From: Porphyromonadaceae bacterium
GTDB lineage: Bacteria > Bacteroidota > Bacteroidia > Bacteroidales > UBA12481
Direction of reading: 5' to 3'
DNA: 64,000 bases
Assembly (NCBI GenBank): GCA_007280905.1
Contig: QYQM01000001.1
Span: forward strand, 37,037-101,036
Shown here: in pieces, positions 1 through 9,344 of the stretch
How the letters are laid out: the number at the start of each line of letters is the position of its first letter
How positions within the stretch are numbered: the stretch's first letter is position 1
The notes under the pieces: model-generated
Database searches by the model: none
What the model saw: only the letters and a program-made list of their open reading frames with translations
Told to the model about the DNA's origin: nothing
Translations under genes and position numbers: made by a program

Positions 1-835
1 GGATACCGGCTGTGTCAATGAACCGGAATTCAATACCTCCCAGATGAATGCAATCTTCAATGCTATCGCGTGTGGTACCGGCAATCTCGGAAACAATCGC
101 CTTATCTTCTTTCAGCAGAGCGTTTAACAGGGTGGATTTGCCAACATTGGTTTCCCCGGCTATTGCTACCGGAACTCCGGATTTTATGGCATTTCCCAGT
201 TCAAATGATGCAACTAAACCGGAGATCTTTTCTATGATGGTATTCACGAGGTTTTTTAACCGGGTGCGATCGGCAAATTCCACATCTTCTTCAGCAAAAT
301 CCAATTCCAGTTCAATCAGCGTGACGAAATTCAACAAATGGGTTCTGATGAGAGCTAATTCACTCGAAAAGCCGCCCCGAATCTGGTCAATAGCCAACCG
401 ATGAGCTGCGGCACCTGAAGAAGCGATCAGATCGGCAACGGCTTCAGCCTGGGTCAGATCCATCTTGCCATTCAGAAATGCACGTTCGGTAAATTCGCCC
501 GGTTTGGCCATTCTCGCGCCTTCATTTATCAAAAGTTTTAGGATCTCTTGCTGGATGTAAGTTGAACCATGACAGCTGATCTCAATAAGATCTTCACCGG
601 TATAGGTTTTCGGTGATTTAAAATGGCTGATCAACACTTCATCAATGAGCTGTTTCCCGGATTTTATCCATCCATGATGCAACCCTTTGGTCCCGGTTAT
701 TGAAAATGGCTTCCTGCTGCCGGAAACCTGAAAGAGCGATTGAATGATTTTGAAGGAATCAGGTCCGGATAAACGAACGATTGCTATGGCCCCCTGACCG
801 GAAGGTGTTGAAATTGCAGCAATTGTATCGTTCAT
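1..835 (-). CDS. mnmE: tRNA modification GTPase MnmE/TrmE, N-terminal ~278 codons (3' end runs off the window start)
   Basis: Absent from the ORF track because it is open at the window edge. My reverse-strand translation from the ATG (complement of 833-835) gives [26 protein letters not shown]... Near the window start it reads [24 protein letters not shown]...IAGTTRD, the P-loop and G2 motif typical of the MnmE G-domain. Confidence 0.9.
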   Translation of the reverse strand, partial: MNDTIAAISTPSGQGAIAIVRLSGPDSFKIIQSLFQVSGSRKPFSITGTKGLHHGWIKSGKQLIDEVLISHFKSPKTYTGEDLIEISCHGSTYIQQEILKLLINEGARMAKPGEFTERAFLNGKMDLTQAEAVADLIASSGAAAHRLAIDQIRGGFSSELALIRTHLLNFVTLIELELDFAEEDVEFADRTRLKNLVNTIIEKISGLVASFELGNAIKSGVPVAIAGETNVGKSTLLNALLKEDKAIVSEIAGTTRDSIEDCIHLGGIEFRFIDTAGI

Positions 836-953
836 CACTGGACTTGAAGGGTTAAAAAAAACTTATGAAAATTAACAATTATTTGACAATCACTGAATTC
901 AATAATTGCAATCTTTGTCCGAAATTCAAGTTTGATAATTTAAACAGTTAACA

Positions 954-1286
954 ATGAAAACAAAAGTTGTGATTTTGATGGCCGGAATTTTATTGATCAG
1001 CATGGGCGCATTTGCCATGGGCAAGAAAACGGAAAAGATCAATGTTGCCGGAAAATGCGGTATGTGCGAAACCCGTATTGAAAAAGCCGCACTCGCAATT
1101 GATGGAGTGAAAAAAGCAGATTATGATCTGAAAACCAAGACACTCACTGTTACCTTCGACCAAAAGAAAACCAGTGTCGACGGCATTGAAAAGGCGGAAG
1201 CAGCAGTTGGTCATGATACCGACAAATACAAAGCAGAAGATGCAGACTATAATAAACTGCCAGGTTGCTGCAAATACAGGAAATAG
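954..1286 (+). CDS. Secreted heavy-metal-associated (HMA) domain protein
   Basis: 110-aa ORF with an N-terminal hydrophobic signal-like segment, the HMA-type CxxC motif GKCGMCETRIE, and a C-terminal PGCCKYRK. Assignment is by motif only. Confidence 0.7.
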   Translation: MKTKVVILMAGILLISMGAFAMGKKTEKINVAGKCGMCETRIEKAALAIDGVKKADYDLKTKTLTVTFDQKKTSVDGIEKAEAAVGHDTDKYKAEDADYNKLPGCCKYRK

Positions 1287-1309
1287 TACCGATTTTTTGA
1301 TTTAGTGGA

Positions 1310-1345
1310 AAAATGGCTCACCTGATCGGGGGCCATTTTCATTTT
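1310..1345 (+). terminator. Putative intrinsic terminator after the HMA gene
   Basis: 8-bp stem AAAATGGC (1310-1317) / GCCATTTT (1332-1339) with a 14-nt loop, followed by CATTTTAT. It lies 24 nt after the stop codon. Confidence 0.45.
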
Positions 1346-1416
1346 ATCCCGGACTTAAATTCCCACCGCCTTAAATTTGTTTTCTATATTCGCACTTTAT
1401 AAAAATATTTAAATCG

Positions 1417-2289
1417 ATGTCAATTCTGGTAAACAAGCAATCCCGCATTCTGGTTCAAGGTTTTACGGGCAAGGAGGGATCCTTTCATGCCTCACAGATG
1501 ATCGAATATGGAACTCAGGTTGTTGGAGGTATTACACCTGGTAAAGGAGGAACACGGCATCTCGACCGGCCTGTCTTTGATACGGTTGCCCACTGTGTTA
1601 AAGAAACCGGAGCCGATGTTTCCTTGATTTTTGTACCGCCTGCCGTAGCATCTGATGCGATTATGGAAGCAGCGAATGCTGGTATCAGACTGGTGGTTTG
1701 TATATCCGAAGGTATACCAACAGCCGACATGGTAAAAGTGAAATCCTATCTTTCAAACCGGCCGACAAGGCTTATCGGACCCAATTGCCCGGGAATCATA
1801 ACGCCCGGAGAATGCAAAGTGGGAATCATGCCCGGTTTCATTCACATGAAAGGCAATGTTGGGGTTGTTTCCCGCTCAGGCACTCTTACCTATGAGGCTG
1901 TAGATCAGCTTACCCGTCTGGGAATCGGACAATCAACCTGTATAGGAATCGGCGGCGATCCGATTATAGGAACAACAATGCTTGATGCGTTGAAACTCTT
2001 TATGGCAGATCCGGATACAGCCGGAGTGGTATTAATCGGCGAGATTGGTGGCTCTATGGAACCGGATGCCGCCAGATGGTATAAGGAACATGCCAACAAG
2101 CCTGTTGTAGGTTTTATTGCAGGCCAAACAGCTCCAAAGGGCCGTAGAATGGGCCATGCCGGGGCAATTATCGGCGGGGCTGATGACACTGCCGCTGCCA
2201 AGATGGCCATTCTGCGTGAATGCGGTATTCATGTGATTGAATCGCCCGCCAATATCGGCTCAGCAATGAAATCCGCCTTGAAATTCTGA
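1417..2289 (+). CDS. sucD: Succinyl-CoA synthetase alpha subunit
   Basis: 290 aa with [23 protein letters not shown] and the catalytic-His region RMGHAGAII. No sucC is adjacent. Confidence 0.95.
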   Translation: MSILVNKQSRILVQGFTGKEGSFHASQMIEYGTQVVGGITPGKGGTRHLDRPVFDTVAHCVKETGADVSLIFVPPAVASDAIMEAANAGIRLVVCISEGIPTADMVKVKSYLSNRPTRLIGPNCPGIITPGECKVGIMPGFIHMKGNVGVVSRSGTLTYEAVDQLTRLGIGQSTCIGIGGDPIIGTTMLDALKLFMADPDTAGVVLIGEIGGSMEPDAARWYKEHANKPVVGFIAGQTAPKGRRMGHAGAIIGGADDTAAAKMAILRECGIHVIESPANIGSAMKSALKF

Positions 2290-2328
2290 TTGATATCAAC
2301 AAACAAATGACAAAAAACAAACACAGAG

Positions 2329-2369
2329 CACTTGTCATCCCCGCGAAGGTGGGAACCCCGTCACGCTAC
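2329..2369 (+). repeat. GC-rich hairpin repeat (REP-like), copy 1
   Basis: CACTTGTCATCCCCGCGAAGGTGGGAACCCCGTCACGCTAC. It is 35/41 identical, without gaps, to the reverse complement of 57901-57941, and shares its core with 3165-3199. Confidence 0.8.
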
Positions 2370-2403
2370 ATTGAATTCCCCGATAATTAACAACTGATAT
2401 ACG

Positions 2404-3150
2404 ATGAAATTATTAGAAGGAAAAACCGCCCTGATAACCGGGGCATCGCGAGGAATTGGAAAGGCAATAGCTGAAAGATTTGCGGATGAAGGAGCCAATC
2501 TGATTCTTACCGATCTTTTTTATGATGATATTGCTAAAGCTTTGGAGGAAGAACTCAGGGCTAAAGGTGTGAAGGTTAAAATGTACGCTTCTGATGCAAG
2601 CAAGTTTGATCAGGCCCAAAGTGTGGTTGAAGAGGCTTCCAGGGAATTCGGGCAAATTCATATTCTGGTCAATAATGCCGGGATTACCCGGGATACATTG
2701 CTTATGAGAATGACTGAGGAGCAGTGGGATTTGGTTATTAATATTAACCTGAAATCTGTTTTTAACCTGACAAAAGCGGTACAATCCCTGATGTTAAAGC
2801 AACGCAGCGGCTCTATAATCAATATGTCATCGGTCGTAGGTGTAAGCGGTAATGCCGGTCAGGCCAACTACAGCGCATCAAAGGCCGGAATTATCGGTTT
2901 TACCAAAACCATAGCTCGTGAACTCGGATCCAGGAATATCCGTTGCAATGCAATAGCACCGGGATTTATTATTACGGAAATGACAGATAAGCTTCCTGAA
3001 GATGTAAGAAAGGAATGGGCTGAGAAAATTCCGCTTAAACGCGGTGGTACACCGGATGAGGTAGCCAAAGTCGCCCTCTTCCTGGCCTCTGATCTTTCAT
3101 CCTATGTCAGCGGTCAGGTTATCCAGGTATGCGGTGCTATGTTAACGTAA
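2404..3150 (+). CDS. fabG: 3-oxoacyl-[ACP] reductase (SDR family)
   Basis: 248 aa with the TGASRGIG cofactor motif, NNAG, and the catalytic YSASKAG. Length and layout are typical of FabG. Confidence 0.9.
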   Translation: MKLLEGKTALITGASRGIGKAIAERFADEGANLILTDLFYDDIAKALEEELRAKGVKVKMYASDASKFDQAQSVVEEASREFGQIHILVNNAGITRDTLLMRMTEEQWDLVININLKSVFNLTKAVQSLMLKQRSGSIINMSSVVGVSGNAGQANYSASKAGIIGFTKTIARELGSRNIRCNAIAPGFIITEMTDKLPEDVRKEWAEKIPLKRGGTPDEVAKVALFLASDLSSYVSGQVIQVCGAMLT

Positions 3151-3164
3151 TAACACATAAGGAG

Positions 3165-3199
3165 CGCTGTCATCCCGGCGAAGGCCGGGACCCCGTTCC
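3165..3199 (+). repeat. GC-rich hairpin repeat (REP-like), copy 2
   Basis: CGCTGTCATCCCGGCGAAGGCCGGGACCCCGTTCC, with stem TCCCGGC/GCCGGGA around a GAAG loop. It starts 15 nt after the fabG stop. Confidence 0.8.
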
Positions 3200-3213
3200 T
3201 AACAACGATAACT

Positions 3214-5295
3214 ATGCACGCAGAGTCTACATTACCTCTCTGGTTGGTGCTGCCTTTGGTAGTACTTGCCGTTTTTGTGGTGTGGATGATCTATTTTCGT
3301 AAGCAGCAGGAATTAGTGCTGCTAAAGCCGGTCCGGATTTTATTAGGTATATCCAGAATGCTGGTTCTGATACTCGTCGGTTTGCTCATCATCTCCCCAT
3401 GGATCCGAATTTCAGTAAACCGGCAAAAGAAACCGTATTTTATTGTTGTCCAGGATAATAGTGTTTCGATTCCGCCTGTTCAGGATAAAACCGGCTTTAC
3501 TGTGAAGAGGTCGAACCTGATCGAGAACCTGGTTAAAAGTATTGGTAACCGTTTTCAGGTAAAGGAAGTTCTTTTTGGATCCCAGACAGTGGAAGGTGAA
3601 AAGAGTAATTTTTCTGATCCTGTTACCGATCCCGGAGAACTTTTCGCTTACCTTCGGATTTTTTCGCAAACTCATGACTTGGGAGGTGTGTTTATTACAT
3701 CAGATGGAGTTGCAACAAAAGGAATTACCTTTTCTGAGGCAGCTAAAAATTTCCCATGCCCAATATCTGTTCTGGCTTCCGGAGATTCAACCAGATTCCC
3801 GGATGTTCGTATACAGGAGGTGGTCAGCAACGATTGGGTGCGAAAAAACAGCATATTTCCGGTACGTGTCTATTACAATACCGGTGGCTGGACCGGCGGA
3901 GGGTTTAAGCTGCAAATTTCAGGGCCAAAAGGCATTATCGATGAAAAGTTTATCGAAACCTCAGCGCAGGTATCACCTTTTGCAGAGTTCCTGATACAGG
4001 CTCCGGACAAAGGAACCATGCAGCTTGTAGCCCGAATCATACCGGATCAACCCGATAAGAATCAAGACAATAACTCGAAAAGTTTTTCAGTTAAAGTGAT
4101 TGAACAGGAGGGTGAAATTCTATGCCTGTATGAATCGGCCCATCCGGATATAGATGCTATCGTTCAGGCTTTAAAAGGAACCAATTCGTTGAATATTAAG
4201 CTGGTGGAAGCGTCTGATTTCACCGGGACCGACAAAGACTATGATTTGATTATCCTGCATGGATTGCCATCACAGAAACATCCTCTTGGAGAACTGTTAA
4301 AGAAAGCGGCAGACCAGCAGATTCCGTTATTGTTTGTCATTGGTAAATCCACCGATCCAGAGCAGTTCAACAGGTTAAATCATGGCATGGTCATTGATAA
4401 CCGGCGTAAAACCGGAGAGGCTTCCAAGGGAATTCTGAACCCTTCTTTTACCCTCTTTACACTTCCTGACGATTTTAAAAATCATCTGAATACTTGGCCA
4501 CCGCTTGATTTGAGCTTTGAAACTTTTTTGTTGGATCCGGGATCTCAAATTTTACTGAAGCAAAGAATCCTGAATATTGAATTGTCAGATCCATTGGTAG
4601 CTTTTTCGAACACGCGGGGAGTTAAATTCGGATTTTTCTGCGGTGAAGGTGTTTGGCTTTGGAGATTACATGAATTCCTTGAGCAAAAGAATCACGACTA
4701 TTTTGATGAGTGGCTTTCCCGCACCATACAATATCTGATGTTGGATGAAAAGAAAGATAAGTTCAGGGTAGTCATTCCTGAAGAACTTTTTGCCTATTCA
4801 CCGGTACGGATCAATAGCCATCTTTTAAACAACTCATTGGAGGCTGTTAATGATCCGGACGTACTTTTTGCGGTTACCGACTCGAGCGGTCAAAAGACGG
4901 AATTCAAGATGGGACGGATTAATGATTATTACGAGTTGAATATTAATGGATTTGCACCCGGTACCTATCGCTATACCGCGGAATCTAAACTTGGAAACGA
5001 AAATTTTCGGCGTGAGGGAGCGATGACTATGATGGTCCGGCCGATTGAACAAATAGAGCCGGTTGCCGATTTTGAATCTCTCAGATCTCTTGCCAGGAGT
5101 ACGAATGGTAAATTCTTTATTCCGGGCCAGGAGAGCAGCTTATTATCATACTTTAATGACCTCAAGCCATCTGAAATGCGGATCAATGAGGAGTTTAAGT
5201 GGTATGAGCTGATTAACTTTAAATGGTTGCTTCCTTTCCTGATTTTCTTGCTCGCCATGGAATGGTTTTTGCGACGGTGGTTTGGTATTCGTTAA
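3214..5295 (+). CDS. Membrane protein of unknown function (N-terminal double-TM hairpin, C-terminal TM anchor)
   Basis: 693 aa. Hydrophobic segments LPLWLVLPLVVLAVFVVWMIYF and MLVLILVGLLIISPW lie at the N-terminus and WLLPFLIFLLAMEWFL at the C-terminus. The layout resembles BatA-N/TIGR02226-type double-TM proteins (from memory, unverified). Confidence 0.6.
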   Translation: MHAESTLPLWLVLPLVVLAVFVVWMIYFRKQQELVLLKPVRILLGISRMLVLILVGLLIISPWIRISVNRQKKPYFIVVQDNSVSIPPVQDKTGFTVKRSNLIENLVKSIGNRFQVKEVLFGSQTVEGEKSNFSDPVTDPGELFAYLRIFSQTHDLGGVFITSDGVATKGITFSEAAKNFPCPISVLASGDSTRFPDVRIQEVVSNDWVRKNSIFPVRVYYNTGGWTGGGFKLQISGPKGIIDEKFIETSAQVSPFAEFLIQAPDKGTMQLVARIIPDQPDKNQDNNSKSFSVKVIEQEGEILCLYESAHPDIDAIVQALKGTNSLNIKLVEASDFTGTDKDYDLIILHGLPSQKHPLGELLKKAADQQIPLLFVIGKSTDPEQFNRLNHGMVIDNRRKTGEASKGILNPSFTLFTLPDDFKNHLNTWPPLDLSFETFLLDPGSQILLKQRILNIELSDPLVAFSNTRGVKFGFFCGEGVWLWRLHEFLEQKNHDYFDEWLSRTIQYLMLDEKKDKFRVVIPEELFAYSPVRINSHLLNNSLEAVNDPDVLFAVTDSSGQKTEFKMGRINDYYELNINGFAPGTYRYTAESKLGNENFRREGAMTMMVRPIEQIEPVADFESLRSLARSTNGKFFIPGQESSLLSYFNDLKPSEMRINEEFKWYELINFKWLLPFLIFLLAMEWFLRRWFGIR

Positions 5296-5307
5296 TCAAT
5301 ATATCCT

Positions 5308-6318
5308 ATGAAGAAATTGACGTTGTTATTGTTGGTTGTGCTGACGTTCCTGTGTTCTTGTCAGTTGCAGAAGGTTATGGTTAATGTTTATACACCTTCA
5401 AAACTTGTTTTTCCTCCTGATGTCAGATCCGTTCTCGTTACTTCCAGGTATGTTCCGGCAACAGGACCGTATGAAGAGGTTCAATGGGGGGCCTATGAGT
5501 CAATCGACAGCTTAAAGTGGGCACTTTCAGAGTCCCTGGTCGATACTTTGGCAAAACGGATGGTTACAGGGAATAACTATCTCGTTAAGGTTAAGCATTT
5601 TCCGCGCATGCTGCGGCACAATGAAGCCAGCCTGCCAGATCCGCTGCCCTGGGAAGGTTTGTTAAATCTGTCAAAGAAGGAATACGTTCAGGCCCTTTTA
5701 ATCATTGAAGGATTCGGCCTGAAGAAAACTCCGGTGATTGTTACTGATAATAACGGCAATTACCTGGCACAATATTCTGTCGGGGTCACCTTGGCTCTCA
5801 GGGTTTATGAACCCGACAAAATGAGAATAATCGACGATTCAGTTTATATTTTTTCCAGTGAATTCAAAGGGACAGGGAAAACTGAGCAGGAAGCCTTAAA
5901 GCAGCTTCCGGATGATCAGAAAGCAATGCTTACGGCTTGTTCCAATGCCGCAGAAGCCTATTTTACGCTGATAAATCCCGGAGAAGTTCTCGCAAAACGT
6001 TACTATTATAATGAAGGCGACAGTTCCATGCTCCAGGCCGATCAAGCTGTTAAGAAAGGTAAATGGGGCAGGGCAGAATCGAAATGGAAATGGCTGGCAT
6101 ACAATAGCCAGGATTCTGTCATCCAGGCAAAAGCTTCCTATAATATGGCGCTGGTTTGTGAACGGGATGGGCGTATCAATCAAGCAATTGGTTTTGCCCG
6201 GCGATCACAGCGGCTTAAGCCGGATAACCATACTTTGGAATACATCAATGTCCTGAATAAAAAGATTTTGGATTACGAGGACCAAATAAAACAAAAAAAG
6301 CTAATCAGGAGGTGGTAA
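5308..6318 (+). CDS. Lipoprotein of unknown function with TPR-like C-terminal tail (paralog A)
   Basis: 336 aa with signal plus Cys (LTFLCSCQ). The C-terminal KGKWGRAESKWKWL...AKASYNMALVCE aligns with the next gene. Confidence 0.65.
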   Translation: MKKLTLLLLVVLTFLCSCQLQKVMVNVYTPSKLVFPPDVRSVLVTSRYVPATGPYEEVQWGAYESIDSLKWALSESLVDTLAKRMVTGNNYLVKVKHFPRMLRHNEASLPDPLPWEGLLNLSKKEYVQALLIIEGFGLKKTPVIVTDNNGNYLAQYSVGVTLALRVYEPDKMRIIDDSVYIFSSEFKGTGKTEQEALKQLPDDQKAMLTACSNAAEAYFTLINPGEVLAKRYYYNEGDSSMLQADQAVKKGKWGRAESKWKWLAYNSQDSVIQAKASYNMALVCERDGRINQAIGFARRSQRLKPDNHTLEYINVLNKKILDYEDQIKQKKLIRRW

Positions 6319-6322
6319 CAGG

Positions 6323-7315
6323 ATGAAACGGTTTGCCCGGCTCCCGGTTTTTGCAATTCTTGTGCTTTTATCAGGCTGCTATGTGGCCAATATGCTTGAA
6401 TTCGACGGACTCAAACCGGCGGAAGTAGCCATTTCGGCATCTATACAATCATTGACAGTGGTTTCCAGATGTGATCTGGATAGTGTATACAAAGTATCAT
6501 TAGAGTCATTAGGCCGCATTAAGGATTTCGATCGCGACAGCATCATGGCGAAACAGGTAGTTCTCGGATGTTCAGATGCTTTGGTTGAAAGTCCAAGGTT
6601 TGATTTATTTAATCCGATTGTTCGCAGAAGCCTTGTTGGAGATTTCTCCGACCCTTCAAGAAAAATACCCTGGGATATGATTCAAATCATTGCAGGCGAC
6701 CCTCCACGGGATGCCGTTTTATCCCTTGAAATTGGTGTTATCAAGGATACCATAAAATATAGCCTTCAGGATGGATGGTTAAGAACGTATACATACAACG
6801 TGGTTGTTAAAACATTGTGGCGATTATATCGCTTGAGCGACTTCCAGTCGAAGGAATTTAATTTTGCCGATACCGTTGCTTTTGATATTGATTCTCCATC
6901 CGAATTTACATCCTCTCCCGATCAGAGGCTTGAATGTATCAGGAATGCGATGTATGAGGCCGGTGTGCAGACTGCTGAGAGACTGGCTCCCTGGTGGACC
7001 AATTTTCAACGGTACTATTTCACGATGGGTTCGCAGAAATTTATAAACGGTGCCAAATTGCTTAGAGATGGTAAATGGCAGGAAGCAGCAGAAATCTGGA
7101 GGCCTTATACCGAATCATCGAATAAATTGGTTGCCGCGAAAGCTTGCTTTAATATGTCGCTCACGTGTGAGATAGCAAACAATATCCCGGCCGCACTCGA
7201 CTGGCTGAAACAGTCTGAAAAACTCGGAATGCATGAGTTTTATATCAAGGACTATCAGTCGAAATTGGAAAAGAGGAAAGCGGAAACGGATAAATTGGAT
7301 GAACAAATGAGGTAA
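6323..7315 (+). CDS. Lipoprotein of unknown function with TPR-like C-terminal tail (paralog B)
   Basis: 330 aa with lipobox LLSGC. The C-terminal DGKWQEAAEIWRPY...AKACFNMSLTCE parallels paralog A. The gap from the upstream gene is 4 nt. Confidence 0.65.
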   Translation: MKRFARLPVFAILVLLSGCYVANMLEFDGLKPAEVAISASIQSLTVVSRCDLDSVYKVSLESLGRIKDFDRDSIMAKQVVLGCSDALVESPRFDLFNPIVRRSLVGDFSDPSRKIPWDMIQIIAGDPPRDAVLSLEIGVIKDTIKYSLQDGWLRTYTYNVVVKTLWRLYRLSDFQSKEFNFADTVAFDIDSPSEFTSSPDQRLECIRNAMYEAGVQTAERLAPWWTNFQRYYFTMGSQKFINGAKLLRDGKWQEAAEIWRPYTESSNKLVAAKACFNMSLTCEIANNIPAALDWLKQSEKLGMHEFYIKDYQSKLEKRKAETDKLDEQMR

Positions 7316-7332
7316 ATAACTTGCAGGCGAAC

Positions 7333-7340
7333 TACTTTTG
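7333..7340 (+). promoter_or_regulatory. Bacteroidota -7 promoter box (TAnnTTTG) upstream of cinA
   Basis: TACTTTTG at 7333-7340, 7 nt before the ATG at 7347. Confidence 0.35.
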
Positions 7341-7346
7341 AATAAA

Positions 7347-8609
7347 ATGAAGAACCCAACCTCAGAAATTATCACCATCGGTGATGAAATACTAATCGGC
7401 CAGACCATCGATACCAATTCGGCCTGGATTGGCGAGCGGATGTCGATGATTGGCATTCCGGTAAAGAGAATTATCTCTATTTCAGATAGTTCCGATGAAA
7501 TTCGTTTAGCTCTGGCTGATTCAATCAGCCGTGCCGATGTGGTACTGATAACCGGTGGACTGGGCCCTACCAATGACGACCGGACCAAATCAACTTTGGC
7601 AGAATTTTTCAATTCTGAACTTATTGAGGATAAGACGGTTCTGGAAGATATTCTTCAGCTTTTAAAAGTCAGGAATGTTCCCGTCTCATCTCTGAATCGT
7701 GCGCAGGCCTTAGTGCCGCATAATTGTCGTGTTATCCGGAACCCGCAGGGAACCGCACCGTGTATGTGGTTTGAAAAAGATGGAAAGGTGGTGATTTCGA
7801 TGCCGGGGGTGCCGTATGAAATGATATCCATCATGGAGACGTCTGTTTTATCATTACTGAAAACCCATTTTAAAACGCCGGCGATTCTTCATAAAACAAT
7901 CATGACCACCGGAGTGCCGGAATCAAAATTGGCGACCATGCTGGTTGACTGGGAGATGGCACTTCCCGGAAACTTTTCAATTGCTTATCTGCCATCACCG
8001 GGTATGGTCAGGCTAAGAATCAGTGGTATAGGTGATAGCAGGACTGGGTTAGAAACAGAGATGTCTTATTTAACCGAATCATTGGTAGCGATAGTTAAAG
8101 ATTATCATTTTGGATATGACGAGATCTCGCTCGAAGAGAAGATCGGCCAAATACTATCTGAAAGTCATCGGTCCATTGCCACGGCCGAGAGTTGCACGGG
8201 AGGCAACATTGCAAGGCTCCTCACCCGGATACCCGGAAGTTCCTCATATTACAAAGGCAGTATTGTTGCCTATGCCAATGAAATTAAGGTGAAATATCTT
8301 GATGTCCCGGAACTCATGCTGAATCAGTATGGTGCCGTGAGTCAACAGGTGGTTGAACAGATGGCAAAAAGTTGCCTGTTACATTTTGATACCGACTTTT
8401 CCGTGGCTACTTCGGGCATTGCCGGCCCCGAAGGAGGAACTATTGCTAAGCCTGTGGGTACCACCTGGATTGCCGTTGCCAGCCGTGAAGGTGTTTTTTC
8501 GCAATGTTTTCAATTTGGGGAACACCGTGAGCGTAATGTAGTTAAGGCTTCATTGGCTGCCTTGAATATGCTCCGGATTGAGGTTTTGAAAGAAACAATC
8601 TCTAAGTAA
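7347..8609 (+). CDS. cinA: CinA-family protein (competence/damage-inducible; NMN deamidase-type C-terminal domain)
   Basis: N-terminal MoCF-biosynthesis-like ITIGDEILIGQTIDTNSAWIG and VLITGGLGPTNDD, plus C-terminal CinA domain ATAESCTGG. I prefer the ATG at 7347 over the track's TTG at 7338, which lies inside the -7 box. Confidence 0.88.
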   Translation: MKNPTSEIITIGDEILIGQTIDTNSAWIGERMSMIGIPVKRIISISDSSDEIRLALADSISRADVVLITGGLGPTNDDRTKSTLAEFFNSELIEDKTVLEDILQLLKVRNVPVSSLNRAQALVPHNCRVIRNPQGTAPCMWFEKDGKVVISMPGVPYEMISIMETSVLSLLKTHFKTPAILHKTIMTTGVPESKLATMLVDWEMALPGNFSIAYLPSPGMVRLRISGIGDSRTGLETEMSYLTESLVAIVKDYHFGYDEISLEEKIGQILSESHRSIATAESCTGGNIARLLTRIPGSSSYYKGSIVAYANEIKVKYLDVPELMLNQYGAVSQQVVEQMAKSCLLHFDTDFSVATSGIAGPEGGTIAKPVGTTWIAVASREGVFSQCFQFGEHRERNVVKASLAALNMLRIEVLKETISK

Positions 8610-8716
8610 ACCTTCTATAAACATCGATCGGTTAGTAAGATCAGGCCATTTTTTTACTCAATCTCTTGAATATTTGAATAAAATTGCCGTAATTTGCGAT
8701 CCAAAATTCAAAGAGC

Positions 8717-8959
8717 ATGTCGAAGATGTGTCAGATAACCGGTAAGAAAATGATGGTGGGCAACCATGTGTCCCACTCTAACCGGAGAGTAAAGAGGCGT
8801 TTTTATCCAAATCTGTTTACCCGGAAGTTTTGGCTGCCGGAAGAAAACCGCTGGATAACGCTGAAAGTGTCAGCCAATGGTATTCGTACCATAACGAAAA
8901 ATGGACTGGCAGCCTGTCTCAAAAAAGCCAAAGATGAAGGTTTGATCACCAAATATTAA
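8717..8959 (+). CDS. rpmB: 50S ribosomal protein L28
   Basis: 80 aa, MSKMCQITGKKMMVGNHVSHSNRRVKRRFYPNL. Confidence 0.95.
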   Translation: MSKMCQITGKKMMVGNHVSHSNRRVKRRFYPNLFTRKFWLPEENRWITLKVSANGIRTITKNGLAACLKKAKDEGLITKY

Positions 8960-8974
8960 GAGGAGCAGTAACAA

Positions 8975-9163
8975 ATGGGAAAAAAAGCTAAAGGCAATCG
9001 GGTTCAGGTGATCCTAGAATGCACTGAGCATAAAACCTCAGGTCAGCCAGGTACTTCACGTTACATTACCACCAAGAACCGGAAAAATACCCCGGATCGC
9101 ATGGAGTTCCGGAAGTACAATCCAATTCTTCAGAAAGTAACCATTCACCGGGAAATTAAATAG
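8975..9163 (+). CDS. rpmG: 50S ribosomal protein L33
   Basis: 62 aa, [45 protein letters not shown]. Confidence 0.95.
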   Translation: MGKKAKGNRVQVILECTEHKTSGQPGTSRYITTKNRKNTPDRMEFRKYNPILQKVTIHREIK

Positions 9164-9171
9164 TTCAGAAT

Positions 9172-9327
9172 ATGGCAAAGAAAGTTGTTGCTACTATGCA
9201 AACCGGCAAAGGAAGACACTATGCCAAGGTTATCAAAATGGTGAAGTCACCGAAAACCGGAGCCTATTCTTTTAAGGAAGAAATGGTTCACAATGATCAC
9301 GTCAAAGACTATTTCAACCAGAAGTAA
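9172..9327 (+). CDS. Small conserved protein, DUF4295-like
   Basis: Below the ORF-track size cutoff. My translation is MAKKVVATMQTGKGRHYAKVIKMVKSPKTGAYSFKEEMVHNDHVKDYFNQK*. The position directly after rpmB-rpmG matches the DUF4295 family as I remember it. Confidence 0.75.
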   Translation: MAKKVVATMQTGKGRHYAKVIKMVKSPKTGAYSFKEEMVHNDHVKDYFNQK

Positions 9328-9344
9328 TCTGGACCTGTTGTTTC

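Noticed and set aside
7115-7612. 165-aa reverse-strand ORF spanning the end of lipoprotein B and the start of cinA
   Set aside because: It is entirely antisense to two well-supported + strand genes, has no recognisable motif, and its composition (S/I/L-rich) is typical of a shadow ORF.
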